A stretch of 43,011 bases of DNA. Origin: an uncultured Pseudomonadales bacterium. Its GTDB lineage: Bacteria; Patescibacteriota; Microgenomatia; UBA1400; PJMF01. The stretch lies in the NCBI GenBank assembly GCA_964495475.1, contig CAZBVY010000002.1:1-43011 (forward strand), written 5' to 3'. This document shows, piece by piece, positions 26,296 through 35,947 of this stretch (its first letter is position 1; each line of letters opens with the position of its first letter). The notes under the pieces are model-generated. The model saw nothing but the letters and a program-made list of their open reading frames with translations, ran no database searches and was not told where the DNA came from. A program made the translations under genes and the position numbers.

Positions 26296-27162
26296 ATGAA
26301 AACTGTAAAAGAAAAAACATTAGTTTCAATTCTAATGCCTGTTTATAATGCTGAGGAATATCTCAGCAAGACATTAGAAAGTATTAAATCTCAAACATAT
26401 CAAAATTGGGAATTGTTCGCTATTGACGACTGGTCAACTGATCGATCTTATGAGATTTTATTAAATTTTGCTAAAAAAGACAAAAGAGTTAAGGTCTATA
26501 GAAATGGTAAGCATCGTGGAGTTGCTGGAGCCGCCAATTTGGCCTTATCAATGATTAAGAGTAACTATGTAGCTCGTATGGACGCTGACGATCTAATGCA
26601 TCCTGAGAGAATTAGTAAACAACTAAGATTTTTAAAAGAAAATCCAAGCACCGTAGTTGTTGGTTCACAATGTGTTTTAATTGATAAAGATGGTCAAAAA
26701 ATTGGTGAAAAACAGTTTCCAATGAGTAATGATGAAATCATGAAGATGATTTTTCGCTCAATTCCTATCCAACAGCCTTCCATGATGATTAATCGAGGTT
26801 TATTACCAAAAGATTTTATTGCTTATGATCAAAATAAAAATACTGCTGAAGAGGTGGAGTTATTGTTTAAGCTTTTTAAATATGGAGAAGCTGGTAATTT
26901 ACCTGATTTTTTGCACTTTTATCGTTTACATGATAAAAATACTTCTCTTAAAGATCCAAAAAAAACATTTTATTTAACATTTTTAACACGTTTAAAATAT
27001 GCCCATGAAGCTAGTCTTATTGATTTACTCTTTAATTTTTTACAATTAATAGTTGTTTTTATTTTACCTAAAAAATTAATTTTTCCTTTATATAATTTGT
27101 GGCGTAATAATAAATTGTTAAATCTAAGTGTTCCTTCCCTTGTTCGCCTTTTCAAAATATAA
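26296..27162 (+). CDS. Glycosyltransferase family 2
   Basis: VSILMPVYNAEEYL, WELFAIDDWSTD and ARMDADD (DxD) motifs. Confidence 0.88.
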   Translation: MKTVKEKTLVSILMPVYNAEEYLSKTLESIKSQTYQNWELFAIDDWSTDRSYEILLNFAKKDKRVKVYRNGKHRGVAGAANLALSMIKSNYVARMDADDLMHPERISKQLRFLKENPSTVVVGSQCVLIDKDGQKIGEKQFPMSNDEIMKMIFRSIPIQQPSMMINRGLLPKDFIAYDQNKNTAEEVELLFKLFKYGEAGNLPDFLHFYRLHDKNTSLKDPKKTFYLTFLTRLKYAHEASLIDLLFNFLQLIVVFILPKKLIFPLYNLWRNNKLLNLSVPSLVRLFKI

Positions 27163-27172
27163 TCTAATATAG

Positions 27173-30100
27173 ATGACATCTATAAATAGGTTTATTTTTC
27201 CGTTTTTGTTGATGATTCTTGTTTGCATTCTTTTGTTGTCAAACTTTAATCTTGATACTTTTTTAGTTGGCTGGGATAACCTACAAACAGATTTAAGTGC
27301 AACTCTTAATCTTGAAAGAGCCCTAAATGTTTCTTGGCAAGAATATCAAGGACTTGGATTACTTGGAGGAATGGGACATGGAGCTGATTTAATTCGTCAA
27401 ATAATACTGATTCCTTTTTCTCTAGTTTTAAATCAAAATTTATTACGATATTTTTGGAATTTTATTGCTCTGATTGTTGGAGTTTTGGGTTCTTATTCAC
27501 TTTTTGTTTATTTGACAAAAAATAGACCAGCTTCTTTTTTGGGAGCTTGTTTTTATCTTTTAAATATTGGCACAGTTCAAAATTTTTATGTTACTTTTGA
27601 ACCGTTTTCTTCTTTTTTTGCGTTTTTCCCATGGCTAATTTACTATTTGTTTAAATATTTAAATCAACCCAATAAAAAGACTTTGCTTTTATTTGCCTTG
27701 TTTTCTTTATTGGGCACGAGCTTTGCTTATGTGCAGACTGTTTTTTTAGTTTATTCAATTTTATTGCTAATCATTTTATTATTTTATGTTTTTAAAAAAG
27801 AATTTATTTCTAAAAAAGAAAAGACTATTAATTCTTTAAAAATTTTAATAATAGTTTTTCTCGCAAATGCTTTTTGGCTTTTACCAGTATCGATTTTTAC
27901 TTTAAAAAATAGTGACATAGCCATTAATGCCAAAGGCAACTTAATGACCACTGAGTCTGTGTTTTTGCGTAATAATAAATTTGGCAATATTTATGACCTG
28001 ATTCAACTAAAGGGCTATTGGTTTGATTTTACTGATTTTGACCAATGGGGAAATACAGTTTTTTTACTCGAACCTTGGAAAACTCACTTTCAAAATCCAT
28101 TAATTAATTTTACCTCTTTTGTTTATTTTGCTTTTCTATTATTAGGAATTGTCTATCTTTTCACCTTGAAAAAAACACCAAGCAAATTAATAAAATTTCA
28201 TTGGTTGTTTTTAATCTTATTTTTAACTTGTAGCTTTATTCTTCTTGGTTCTAATCCGCCTCTTGGATTTATTTATGATTTTTTACGTGAAAACATACCG
28301 CTTTTTGGTCAAATTTTTCGCTCAGCTTTTACTAAATGGATTGTTCCTTATAGTTTGTTTTACAGCTTATTACTGACTTTTGGCTTAGCTTTTGTTTTTT
28401 CAAAATTTAAAAACAAGTTTCTTCAATTGTTGTTCTCTTTGCTTTTCTTTATTTCATTAATATTTTATTCATGGCCTTCTTTTCAGGGTCATTTCTTTTA
28501 TGAAAGATTGCGAATAAAGATTCCAGAGGCTTATTTTGAACTTTTTAATTATTTTAAGTATGAAGTGCCAGCAAGCAGTCGTATTGCCAATTTACCTCAA
28601 CATAGTTTTTATGGTTGGCAGTGGAATAATTGGGGTTATAGAGGCTCTGGTTTCTTATGGTATGGCATCAAGCAACCCATTATGGATCGTGCTTTTGATG
28701 TTTGGAGCGAAGCAAATGAACGTTACTATTGGCAATTACAAACAGCTCTAGATAAAAAAGACGTGAAAATGTTAGAAAATATTTTCAGTCAATATGATGT
28801 TGATTATTTGTTATTAGATGCTTCGATTATTAATCGTAACACGATTAAACCGTTTGATTATCAAACACTTAAAGAATTATTGGCTAGCTCTAGCCGTCTA
28901 AATTTGGTTAAAGAGTTTGATTTTATTACTCTTTATAGCTTTGCTGATACGGAAAATAATCGTGAAAAAGATTTTATAAGTTTATATAAAGATTTACCTA
29001 TAATAAATAATTCTTATAAACATAGCTGGAGCGACCAGGCTTTTACTGATTTTCACGACTATTTGAGTGTTAATAAAAATAACGCAAAAAGTGCAGAAAT
29101 TATTTATCCTTTTGCTTCTTTGTTTACCAATCATTTGCAAAGCGAACTAGAATTTATGTTAACTGAAGATAATAATGCTTTTTACCTGAAAAGTTTAAAA
29201 GATCTATCAGATGAAGACCTAAATTTTAAAACAAAAGATTTATTGGTTGCAGAAAATTATTTGCCTTTTCAAGTCACTTGGACAACCAATAATCATCAGA
29301 CAAAATTTATTTTTAAGGCACTTTTACCAGAAATTTATTTAAATAAAGAACATTTTGTTTTTCCTTTAATTAAAGAAATTGTCTTAAATAGCACTGTTTG
29401 TCAAAATAGCGATAATTGTTTTTTAAATATTAATCACCAATTGCTTAACAAATTTACTCAAGATGGGCAATTAAATATTTTATTGTCGACTAAATTACGC
29501 AACACCATTGCACTTAGCAATCAAACTAAAATTGAATATTTTGATTATGCTTTTTTTGATTTACCATTTTTTGATTTACAAACTAAAAATATCGCTCTCG
29601 CAGAAAATTTTGAATTTATGGTTAAAATTCCAAAATTTTTATTACAACAAAATCTTTTAAAAACAGATTCAAATATAAATGAAGCTATAAATTGTCGACC
29701 TTTAAATAATGGAAACTACTCAAAAGAGAAAAAAGAAAATGAAAATTATTATCAAGCAATCAATACGAGTGTTTGTGATTATTTTTATTTAGAACAACTT
29801 AAACATAATTCAGCTTATATGTTTAAGTTAGATGTTCAAAATTTGAGTTCTATTCCTTTTGTTTTTGCCATTCAAACAGAAAGTTTAGGACGTAGTCCTT
29901 TAGAAACTTATTTAAATGACGGTATTAACTATCAAGTTTTGCCTCCTACCGAAAGTTTCAATCAGGGCTATACACTTTATCTATCTACCGACTCTTATGG
30001 TAAAGAAGTTAATCGTAATTTATTAAAATCAGCCGAGGTTTTTTATTGGCCATATAATTTTTTGACGAATATTACTTTGCAAAAAAATATTTCTCCTACT

Positions 30101-30415
30101 GAAATTGCCGAAATACCCACTTGTGACCTTGAGGTTCAGAAAAAAGCCCTGTGGTTCTATCAAATTAAACTATCTGATGATTGTAATGCCAAATACTTGA
30201 AACTTTCTCAAGCATATGATGATGGCTGGCTAGCTTTTAAAGAAGGAAAACTTTTAGATCATCAAAAAATTAATAATTGGACTAACGCCTGGATTTTAAG
30301 TGGTCAAGACAATAATTCCATTATCTATATTTTCTTTTGGCCACAATTATTAGAATACCTAGGAATGGGAGGAATATTTTTTATTGTATTTTTATGTCTC
30401 AAAATAAAGAATTAA
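27173..30415 (+). CDS. Large polytopic membrane protein (1080 aa), putative GT-C-type glycosyltransferase with a big extracytoplasmic C-terminal domain
   Basis: About 12-14 N-terminal TM segments over roughly 450 aa, a ~600-aa soluble region and a terminal TM. The architecture resembles AftD/YfhO-like GT-C enzymes, but I could verify no catalytic motif. Confidence 0.55.
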   Translation: MTSINRFIFPFLLMILVCILLLSNFNLDTFLVGWDNLQTDLSATLNLERALNVSWQEYQGLGLLGGMGHGADLIRQIILIPFSLVLNQNLLRYFWNFIALIVGVLGSYSLFVYLTKNRPASFLGACFYLLNIGTVQNFYVTFEPFSSFFAFFPWLIYYLFKYLNQPNKKTLLLFALFSLLGTSFAYVQTVFLVYSILLLIILLFYVFKKEFISKKEKTINSLKILIIVFLANAFWLLPVSIFTLKNSDIAINAKGNLMTTESVFLRNNKFGNIYDLIQLKGYWFDFTDFDQWGNTVFLLEPWKTHFQNPLINFTSFVYFAFLLLGIVYLFTLKKTPSKLIKFHWLFLILFLTCSFILLGSNPPLGFIYDFLRENIPLFGQIFRSAFTKWIVPYSLFYSLLLTFGLAFVFSKFKNKFLQLLFSLLFFISLIFYSWPSFQGHFFYERLRIKIPEAYFELFNYFKYEVPASSRIANLPQHSFYGWQWNNWGYRGSGFLWYGIKQPIMDRAFDVWSEANERYYWQLQTALDKKDVKMLENIFSQYDVDYLLLDASIINRNTIKPFDYQTLKELLASSSRLNLVKEFDFITLYSFADTENNREKDFISLYKDLPIINNSYKHSWSDQAFTDFHDYLSVNKNNAKSAEIIYPFASLFTNHLQSELEFMLTEDNNAFYLKSLKDLSDEDLNFKTKDLLVAENYLPFQVTWTTNNHQTKFIFKALLPEIYLNKEHFVFPLIKEIVLNSTVCQNSDNCFLNINHQLLNKFTQDGQLNILLSTKLRNTIALSNQTKIEYFDYAFFDLPFFDLQTKNIALAENFEFMVKIPKFLLQQNLLKTDSNINEAINCRPLNNGNYSKEKKENENYYQAINTSVCDYFYLEQLKHNSAYMFKLDVQNLSSIPFVFAIQTESLGRSPLETYLNDGINYQVLPPTESFNQGYTLYLSTDSYGKEVNRNLLKSAEVFYWPYNFLTNITLQKNISPTEIAEIPTCDLEVQKKALWFYQIKLSDDCNAKYLKLSQAYDDGWLAFKEGKLLDHQKINNWTNAWILSGQDNNSIIYIFFWPQLLEYLGMGGIFFIVFLCLKIKN

Positions 30416-30879
30416 ATTCTGATCAAACTGAGAAAAAAGAAATTCCAATTAATCGAGTTTTGTATTATCTGGATTCGCAAATACCATTAAGATTTGATGT
30501 TTTAGAAAAGTTTTTTACAAAAAAACTTTCAACACCAACTATTGCTTTAAATGGTCGCCTTGATCAAAGAAATTTTTTACAACAAATTGAACAGATTGGC
30601 GCCAAAGATTTTTTTGTATTCTTTATTAGAATTGCTAATATTGAACAAATTAACGAGCTTTATGGAAAATGGAAAAGGATATCTGCTCAAAAAGCTAAAT
30701 CCTTGCTCATAATTTTTGATTGTTCATTGCCTAGTTTCAGAAATGGTTCAGACAATTTACCATCTCAAAGATATTTAGAAATGAATCAAGATCAAGCTAC
30801 TAAAATTATTTTAATAGGTAGAGATAAATTAAATGCGGAAACTCTTAATCAAGCAATTGAACAAATAATTAAAAATTAA
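30394..30879 (+). CDS. Hypothetical protein (161 aa)
   Basis: ATG 30394 lies inside the last 22 nt of the upstream gene. No recognisable motif. Confidence 0.5.
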   Translation: MSQNKELNSDQTEKKEIPINRVLYYLDSQIPLRFDVLEKFFTKKLSTPTIALNGRLDQRNFLQQIEQIGAKDFFVFFIRIANIEQINELYGKWKRISAQKAKSLLIIFDCSLPSFRNGSDNLPSQRYLEMNQDQATKIILIGRDKLNAETLNQAIEQIIKN

Positions 30880-30956
30880 TACCAAGATTTTATAACGACC
30901 TCTGCTTGCTTTTTCTCCTGAAAAGTGCGATAAAGCACTTAAATAAACTTTTTTTT

Positions 30957-32774
30957 ATGTCACAAATTAAAGAAATAAAAGATGCGACAAATATAGTCGA
31001 GATTGTAGCCGAAAAAATTAAACTAGAAAATTCTGGTATTAATTTTAAGGCTTGTTGTCCTTTTCACAATGAAAAAACTCCTTCTTTTTTTGTTAATCCT
31101 TCATTACAACGCTATCGTTGTTTTGGCTGTGGAGCTAATGGCGATGCCTTAGATTTTTTACAGAATTTTGAAGGCATTACTTTTTATGAAGCGCTAAAAA
31201 CTTTAGCTGATCGAGCTGGAATAACCTTAAAAGAATTTCAAAAAAGTAAGGATGATGAAGAAAGAGAAAAACTAATTGAAGTATTGAGTTTCGCCAAAGA
31301 ATATTATCATTTTCTTTTAACTAAACATGAAGTTGGTCAAATAGGACGTGATTATTTAAAAAATCGTGGCATTACCAATGAATCTATTAAAATTTTTCAA
31401 TTAGGTTTTGCGACTAATGCTTGGGATTCTTTGCTCAAATACTTGCATCAAAAAAAGAAATACTCGTTAGAATTAATTGAAAAAACTGGCCTCATTATTA
31501 AAGGTAGAAATGGTGGTTATTACGATCGTTTTCGCGAACGTCTTATTTTTCCCTTAAAAAATCATCGTGGTCAAGTAGTTGGTTTTTCTGGTCGCCTTTT
31601 AAGTCAATCTCCTAAGGAAGCTAAATATATTAATTCTCCTGAAACATTGCTTTACCATAAATCACAAATGCTTTATGGATATAGTGAACTTTTTAGAGAG
31701 ATTAAAAAGAAAGAGCAAGTAATTGTGGTTGAGGGTGAATTTGACATGATTTCTTCTACTCAAGCCCATGTTAACAATATTGTTGCTATTAAAGGTTCTG
31801 CTTTAACCGCCGATCAAGTTAATTTATTATCGAGAGTGACAAAAACAATTATTCTTTCTCTTGATGCCGATGATGCCGGAGTAAAAGCCACTGAACGAGC
31901 TATCGAAATAGTAAAAACTAAAGGTATAGATTTAAGAGTTATCGATTTAAAACATTTAGCTTCTTTAAACGAAGAAGATCGAGTTAAGGATCCCGACGAA
32001 CTATCTAGAGAAAAACCAAAAGTCTGGAGAGAAGCGGTAGAGAGTGCAATTTCTGTTTATGAATTTTTATTCAATCACGCTTTAGATTCCTATGATCCAA
32101 AAACAGCCGATGGCAAGAGAAAAATTATTAATCGTTTAGCACCAATTTTAGAAACAATTGATCATGCTGTTGAAAAAGAATTTTATTTACAAAAACTATC
32201 GACTGCATTAAATGTTAAAGAATCTTTATTAAAAGAAGATATTAAAAAATTTGGCCAAAAAAAATCATTGCTTAATCAAGCAAAAAAAGAAGATGAAATA
32301 ACACCTGCTAATACAGTTAAAAGTTATCAGGAACGTAATGAAGAATACATGTTATTTTTGTTATTTAATTTTTCTACAGATTTAGTGAAGGAAAAAGCAA
32401 CTTCTTTAAATGACTTTGAATTTAATAGCAGTGGTTTTAAGCAAATCATAGAGCAACTTTTGTTTTATAAAAATAATTTCGATTTGCAAAAATTTGCTAG
32501 TTATTTAGCTGAAGACTTAAAAAAGATTTTAATGGATGTTTTATTAAATCCAGAATATGAAAAAAACTTACAAGAAAGTGAAATAGAAAAAGAGTGGCAA
32601 GCAGTTTTATCTAAAGTCAAAAAAGAATCATTACGTCGAGAAATTATGGTTATAAACGAAGAAATTAGCCAATTAGATAGTAGTTTGAAAAGAACAGTTG
32701 AAGAAGAAAAAAAACTTGATCAGTTATTATCACTTATTATTCAAAAACAAGCTGCCATTAAAAAACTTGACTAA
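30957..32774 (+). CDS. dnaG: DNA primase
   Basis: CHC2 zinc finger CCPFHNEKTPSFFVNPSLQRYRCFGCGANGD and Toprim motifs EGEFDM and SLDADDAG. The track's TTG 30906 extension is rejected. Confidence 0.93.
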   Translation: MSQIKEIKDATNIVEIVAEKIKLENSGINFKACCPFHNEKTPSFFVNPSLQRYRCFGCGANGDALDFLQNFEGITFYEALKTLADRAGITLKEFQKSKDDEEREKLIEVLSFAKEYYHFLLTKHEVGQIGRDYLKNRGITNESIKIFQLGFATNAWDSLLKYLHQKKKYSLELIEKTGLIIKGRNGGYYDRFRERLIFPLKNHRGQVVGFSGRLLSQSPKEAKYINSPETLLYHKSQMLYGYSELFREIKKKEQVIVVEGEFDMISSTQAHVNNIVAIKGSALTADQVNLLSRVTKTIILSLDADDAGVKATERAIEIVKTKGIDLRVIDLKHLASLNEEDRVKDPDELSREKPKVWREAVESAISVYEFLFNHALDSYDPKTADGKRKIINRLAPILETIDHAVEKEFYLQKLSTALNVKESLLKEDIKKFGQKKSLLNQAKKEDEITPANTVKSYQERNEEYMLFLLFNFSTDLVKEKATSLNDFEFNSSGFKQIIEQLLFYKNNFDLQKFASYLAEDLKKILMDVLLNPEYEKNLQESEIEKEWQAVLSKVKKESLRREIMVINEEISQLDSSLKRTVEEEKKLDQLLSLIIQKQAAIKKLD

Positions 32775-32783
32775 ATTTGCCTC

Positions 32784-32813
32784 TTGTCAATATACCCCCC
32801 ACCGGTATATCAT
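32784..32813 (+). promoter_or_regulatory. Promoter overlapped by a CsoR-type palindromic operator
   Basis: TTGTCA (32784-32789) and TATCAT (32808-32813). The operator ATATACC-ccccacc-GGTATAT (32790-32810) has a perfect 7-bp inverted repeat around a C-rich core. ATG 32820 lies 6 nt after the -10. Confidence 0.55.
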
Positions 32814-32819
32814 AAAAAC

Positions 32820-33065
32820 ATGAATCAAGTAAAAAAAGATTCCATAGCTATTTCTTTAAATCGCATCAGTGGTCAAATTGATGGTGTTGCTAAAATGTAT
32901 GAGGAAAAAAGACCTTGCATTGAAATTGCTCGCCAATTGGCTGCAGCACGCAATTCTATTTCTAGAGTAGCGCGTGATATTTTGACCAGTGAAGCGAGTA
33001 CTTGTTCCAAAGACAATAATTGTCAGCAATTGGATTTAGTACTTAAAGAACTTCTTCGTTATTAA
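32820..33065 (+). CDS. CsoR/RcnR/FrmR-family (DUF156) transcriptional repressor, histidine-free Cys-Cys type
   Basis: LNRISGQIDGVAKMYEE...RPCIEI...STC matches the family helix pattern. The Cys33-Cys62 spacing is 29, as in the family. Confidence 0.8.
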   Translation: MNQVKKDSIAISLNRISGQIDGVAKMYEEKRPCIEIARQLAAARNSISRVARDILTSEASTCSKDNNCQQLDLVLKELLRY

Positions 33066-33084
33066 TTAATTTAGAAAGGTAATT

Positions 33085-33411
33085 ATGAGCGCAGTTCATT
33101 TAGATAATAGTAATTTTCAAAGTACAGCAGAAGACGCCAAAGGGGTCGTGCTTGTAGACTTTTTTGCTACTTGGTGTGGACCATGTCAAATGTCCGCCCC
33201 CATCGTAGATAAAATGGCAGATGATTATGCTGGCAAAGCCACAATCGTTAAAGTCGATGTTGATCAAGCTCGTGAACCTGCTACAAAATATGGTGTGATG
33301 AGTATTCCCACTTTTGTTGTTTTAAAAGATGGACAAGAAGTAGATAGACAAATTGGTTTTCCTGGAGAAGCTGGACTAAAAGCTATGGTAGATAAAGCTT
33401 TGGCAAGTTAA
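33085..33411 (+). CDS. trxA: Thioredoxin
   Basis: FFATWCGPCQM active site, 108 aa. Confidence 0.93.
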   Translation: MSAVHLDNSNFQSTAEDAKGVVLVDFFATWCGPCQMSAPIVDKMADDYAGKATIVKVDVDQAREPATKYGVMSIPTFVVLKDGQEVDRQIGFPGEAGLKAMVDKALAS

Positions 33412-33429
33412 AATAAAAAGGGAATTAAA

Positions 33430-34443
33430 ATGTTGAAATTAAATTTAGCAATTATTGGCTCTGGTCCTGCAGGACTTACTGCTGGAATTTACACTTCAAG
33501 AGCTCGTTTAGAAACAACTTTATTCGCAGGGATGGAAATTGGTGGACAATTGATGTACACCTCCGATATAGAAAATTTTCCTGGTTTTCCTGAAGGTAAA
33601 GCTGGTCCATCATTAATGATGGATTTACAAAAACAAGCTACTCGTTTCGGTACAGATATTAAATACGAATATATTACAGCAGTTGATTTTTCAAAAAAAC
33701 CTTTTCAATTATGGACTAATTTGCCAGAAGGCATGGATTATAAAAAATTTAAATCTTTAAACAATGAAGATTTATTAAAAGCGATGACTCAAATTCGCCA
33801 AAGTGAAGCAAATTATCAAGCCAATACAATTATTATAGCTACCGGAGCGAGTAGCATTATGTTGGGAATTCCCGGAGAACAAGAATATTTTGGCCACGGA
33901 GTGAGTACTTGTGCGGTTTGCGACTCCGCTTTTTACAAAGATAAGAATGTTTATGTAGTGGGTGGTGGTGATAGTGCTATGGAAGACGCCACCGCTTTAG
34001 CAAAATTTACTAATCAAGTAACTATTTTGTATCGAGGTGAGGCTTTTAGAGCCAGCAAAATCATGCAGGAAAGAGTTTTAAACAATCCTAATATTAAAGT
34101 TTTGTGGAATACCAATCTTAAAGAAATTGTCGGAGATGGTAAAGCTGTTAAAAGTATTAAGATTGAAACTAAAGGGAAGTTGCAAGAATTAGAAGCAGAG
34201 GGTGTCTTTTTAGCAATTGGTCATAAACCATGTACTAATTTGTTTATTGATCAACTTGAATTAGATCGTGTTGGATATATAAAATTAGCTGATCATGATG
34301 TTTATTCAACTCAAACTTCTGTGCCAGGTGTATTTGCTGCAGGTGATGTAGCTGATCATCGTTATCGCCAAGCAATTGTTTCTGCAGGCATGGGTACTCA
34401 AGCCGCTTTAGATGTAGAACATTATTTGCTTAATCATGTCTAA
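33430..34443 (+). CDS. trxB: Thioredoxin-disulfide reductase (low-Mr type)
   Basis: IIGSGPAG FAD site, redox-active CAVCD and the GGGDSAMEDA NADPH site. Confidence 0.93.
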   Translation: MLKLNLAIIGSGPAGLTAGIYTSRARLETTLFAGMEIGGQLMYTSDIENFPGFPEGKAGPSLMMDLQKQATRFGTDIKYEYITAVDFSKKPFQLWTNLPEGMDYKKFKSLNNEDLLKAMTQIRQSEANYQANTIIIATGASSIMLGIPGEQEYFGHGVSTCAVCDSAFYKDKNVYVVGGGDSAMEDATALAKFTNQVTILYRGEAFRASKIMQERVLNNPNIKVLWNTNLKEIVGDGKAVKSIKIETKGKLQELEAEGVFLAIGHKPCTNLFIDQLELDRVGYIKLADHDVYSTQTSVPGVFAAGDVADHRYRQAIVSAGMGTQAALDVEHYLLNHV

Positions 34444-35014
34444 AAAAATTATTTTAGCTTCAAAATCTAAACAACGTTTTAAATTATTAAAAGCTTCTTT
34501 ATTTTTACCCATTGAAGTTTTACCTGCTGACATTGATGAACAAGCAGTGCCTTTTATTGATCAATATGATAAAGCAGAACGAATTGCTTTAGCTAAAGCT
34601 CAAAAAATCGCCAAGGATCATCAAAATGCCATAATTATTGCTGCTGATACTTTTTGTTATGTAAAAGGCAAAATTTTGGAAAAACCAAAAAATTTAACCG
34701 AAGCCAGAAAAATGCTTGAATTTCAATCAGATCAACAAATAGAGGTTCTAACTGGTTATGCTTTTCTAGACACCAAACTTAATTTACAAAAAAGTGGTTG
34801 CGAAAAAGTTTTAGTTAAAATGCGTCATTTAAGTAAAGATGAAATTGAGAGATATATAGCTAACGAACCAGTTTTAACTTGGTCTGCAGCTTTTTCTCCG
34901 GCTTATGATAGCGGTATGGCTCTAATAGAGAGTATTAAAGGCAATTTAACAGCTTTTAGTCATGGTTTGCCAATCAATTTATTGATGGATTTCTTAAGCG
35001 TAAATCAAGAATAA
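34436..35014 (+). CDS. maf: Maf-like nucleoside triphosphate pyrophosphatase
   Basis: IILASKSKQRFKLLK start and AADT motif. It overlaps the trxB end by 8 nt. Confidence 0.88.
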   Translation: MSKKIILASKSKQRFKLLKASLFLPIEVLPADIDEQAVPFIDQYDKAERIALAKAQKIAKDHQNAIIIAADTFCYVKGKILEKPKNLTEARKMLEFQSDQQIEVLTGYAFLDTKLNLQKSGCEKVLVKMRHLSKDEIERYIANEPVLTWSAAFSPAYDSGMALIESIKGNLTAFSHGLPINLLMDFLSVNQE

Positions 35015-35947
35015 AACTAAAACTAACCAAATAAAGACCGTGATTAATAATGGTTTATCTTTAAGCAAGATGTCTTCTGGCGCCTCACCTTTATTTTCCT
35101 CATAAATTAGTTGTAGATATCTCATGACTCCAAAAATGACGAAAGGTAGAGTAAGCATTAATAATTTTTGTGACTGCAAGGTTTTGGGTAGAATAAAATA
35201 TAATTCTGGAAACTTTTCGTAGAGTAAGTTAACACCTTGACTAGTATAGCTTTGGAAAGTAAAAATGGCATAAGTCAGCCAAGTAGAAGTAGCAAAAACC
35301 GCAGTGTATTGATCAAGTAATCTTTGACTATATTTTTTTAAACTTAATCGGGCAAATTCAACATGATTATTACTTAATAGAGTGCGTTCACTTTGTCTTT
35401 TGCCTACAGCCATAAACAAGGAAACAGAAATAACTGTTAACAAAAACCAAACGTTCATGTGCAAATTGACCACAACTGCTCCAGCATAGACTCTAATCAG
35501 AAACCCCAGAGCAATGGCGATGATGTCAAAAATTGCGTAATGCTTTAGTTTACTGGAATATAAAGTTTGTAGAGCAAAATAAGCAAAAACTAATATTTTG
35601 AAAAAATTTGGCAGATTAAGCGATAAAAAGAACACCAAAGCTAATCCAACTACAACACTAAAAATTGCAATTGGAATAGGTAATTTACCAGAAGCCAATG
35701 GACGGTTTTTCTTAAAAGGATGTTTTCTATCTGACTGAATGTCAAATAAATCATTAACTAAATAAATACTTGAAGTGAGAACACAAAAAATTATAAAAGC
35801 ATAAGTAACTATAAAAAAATAAGGGGGTTGACCGACCTCTTGATAAAAAAAGAATCCAGAGAAAACCAAAGCCGCATATACGGCAAAGTTTTTAAGCCAT
35901 TGTTTAGGGCGACAAGATTTAATTAAAAGAAAAATTAGATTATCCAT
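34994..35947 (-). CDS. UbiA-family prenyl-phosphate phosphoribosyltransferase-like protein (DPPR-synthase-like)
   Basis: CRPKQWLKNFAVY and VNDLFDIQSDRKHPFKKNRPLASGKL resemble the decaprenyl-phosphate phosphoribosyltransferase subfamily as I remember it. About 8-9 TM segments. I prefer ATG 35947 over the track start 36010. Confidence 0.7.
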   Translation of the reverse strand: MDNLIFLLIKSCRPKQWLKNFAVYAALVFSGFFFYQEVGQPPYFFIVTYAFIIFCVLTSSIYLVNDLFDIQSDRKHPFKKNRPLASGKLPIPIAIFSVVVGLALVFFLSLNLPNFFKILVFAYFALQTLYSSKLKHYAIFDIIAIALGFLIRVYAGAVVVNLHMNVWFLLTVISVSLFMAVGKRQSERTLLSNNHVEFARLSLKKYSQRLLDQYTAVFATSTWLTYAIFTFQSYTSQGVNLLYEKFPELYFILPKTLQSQKLLMLTLPFVIFGVMRYLQLIYEENKGEAPEDILLKDKPLLITVFIWLVLVLFLIYA

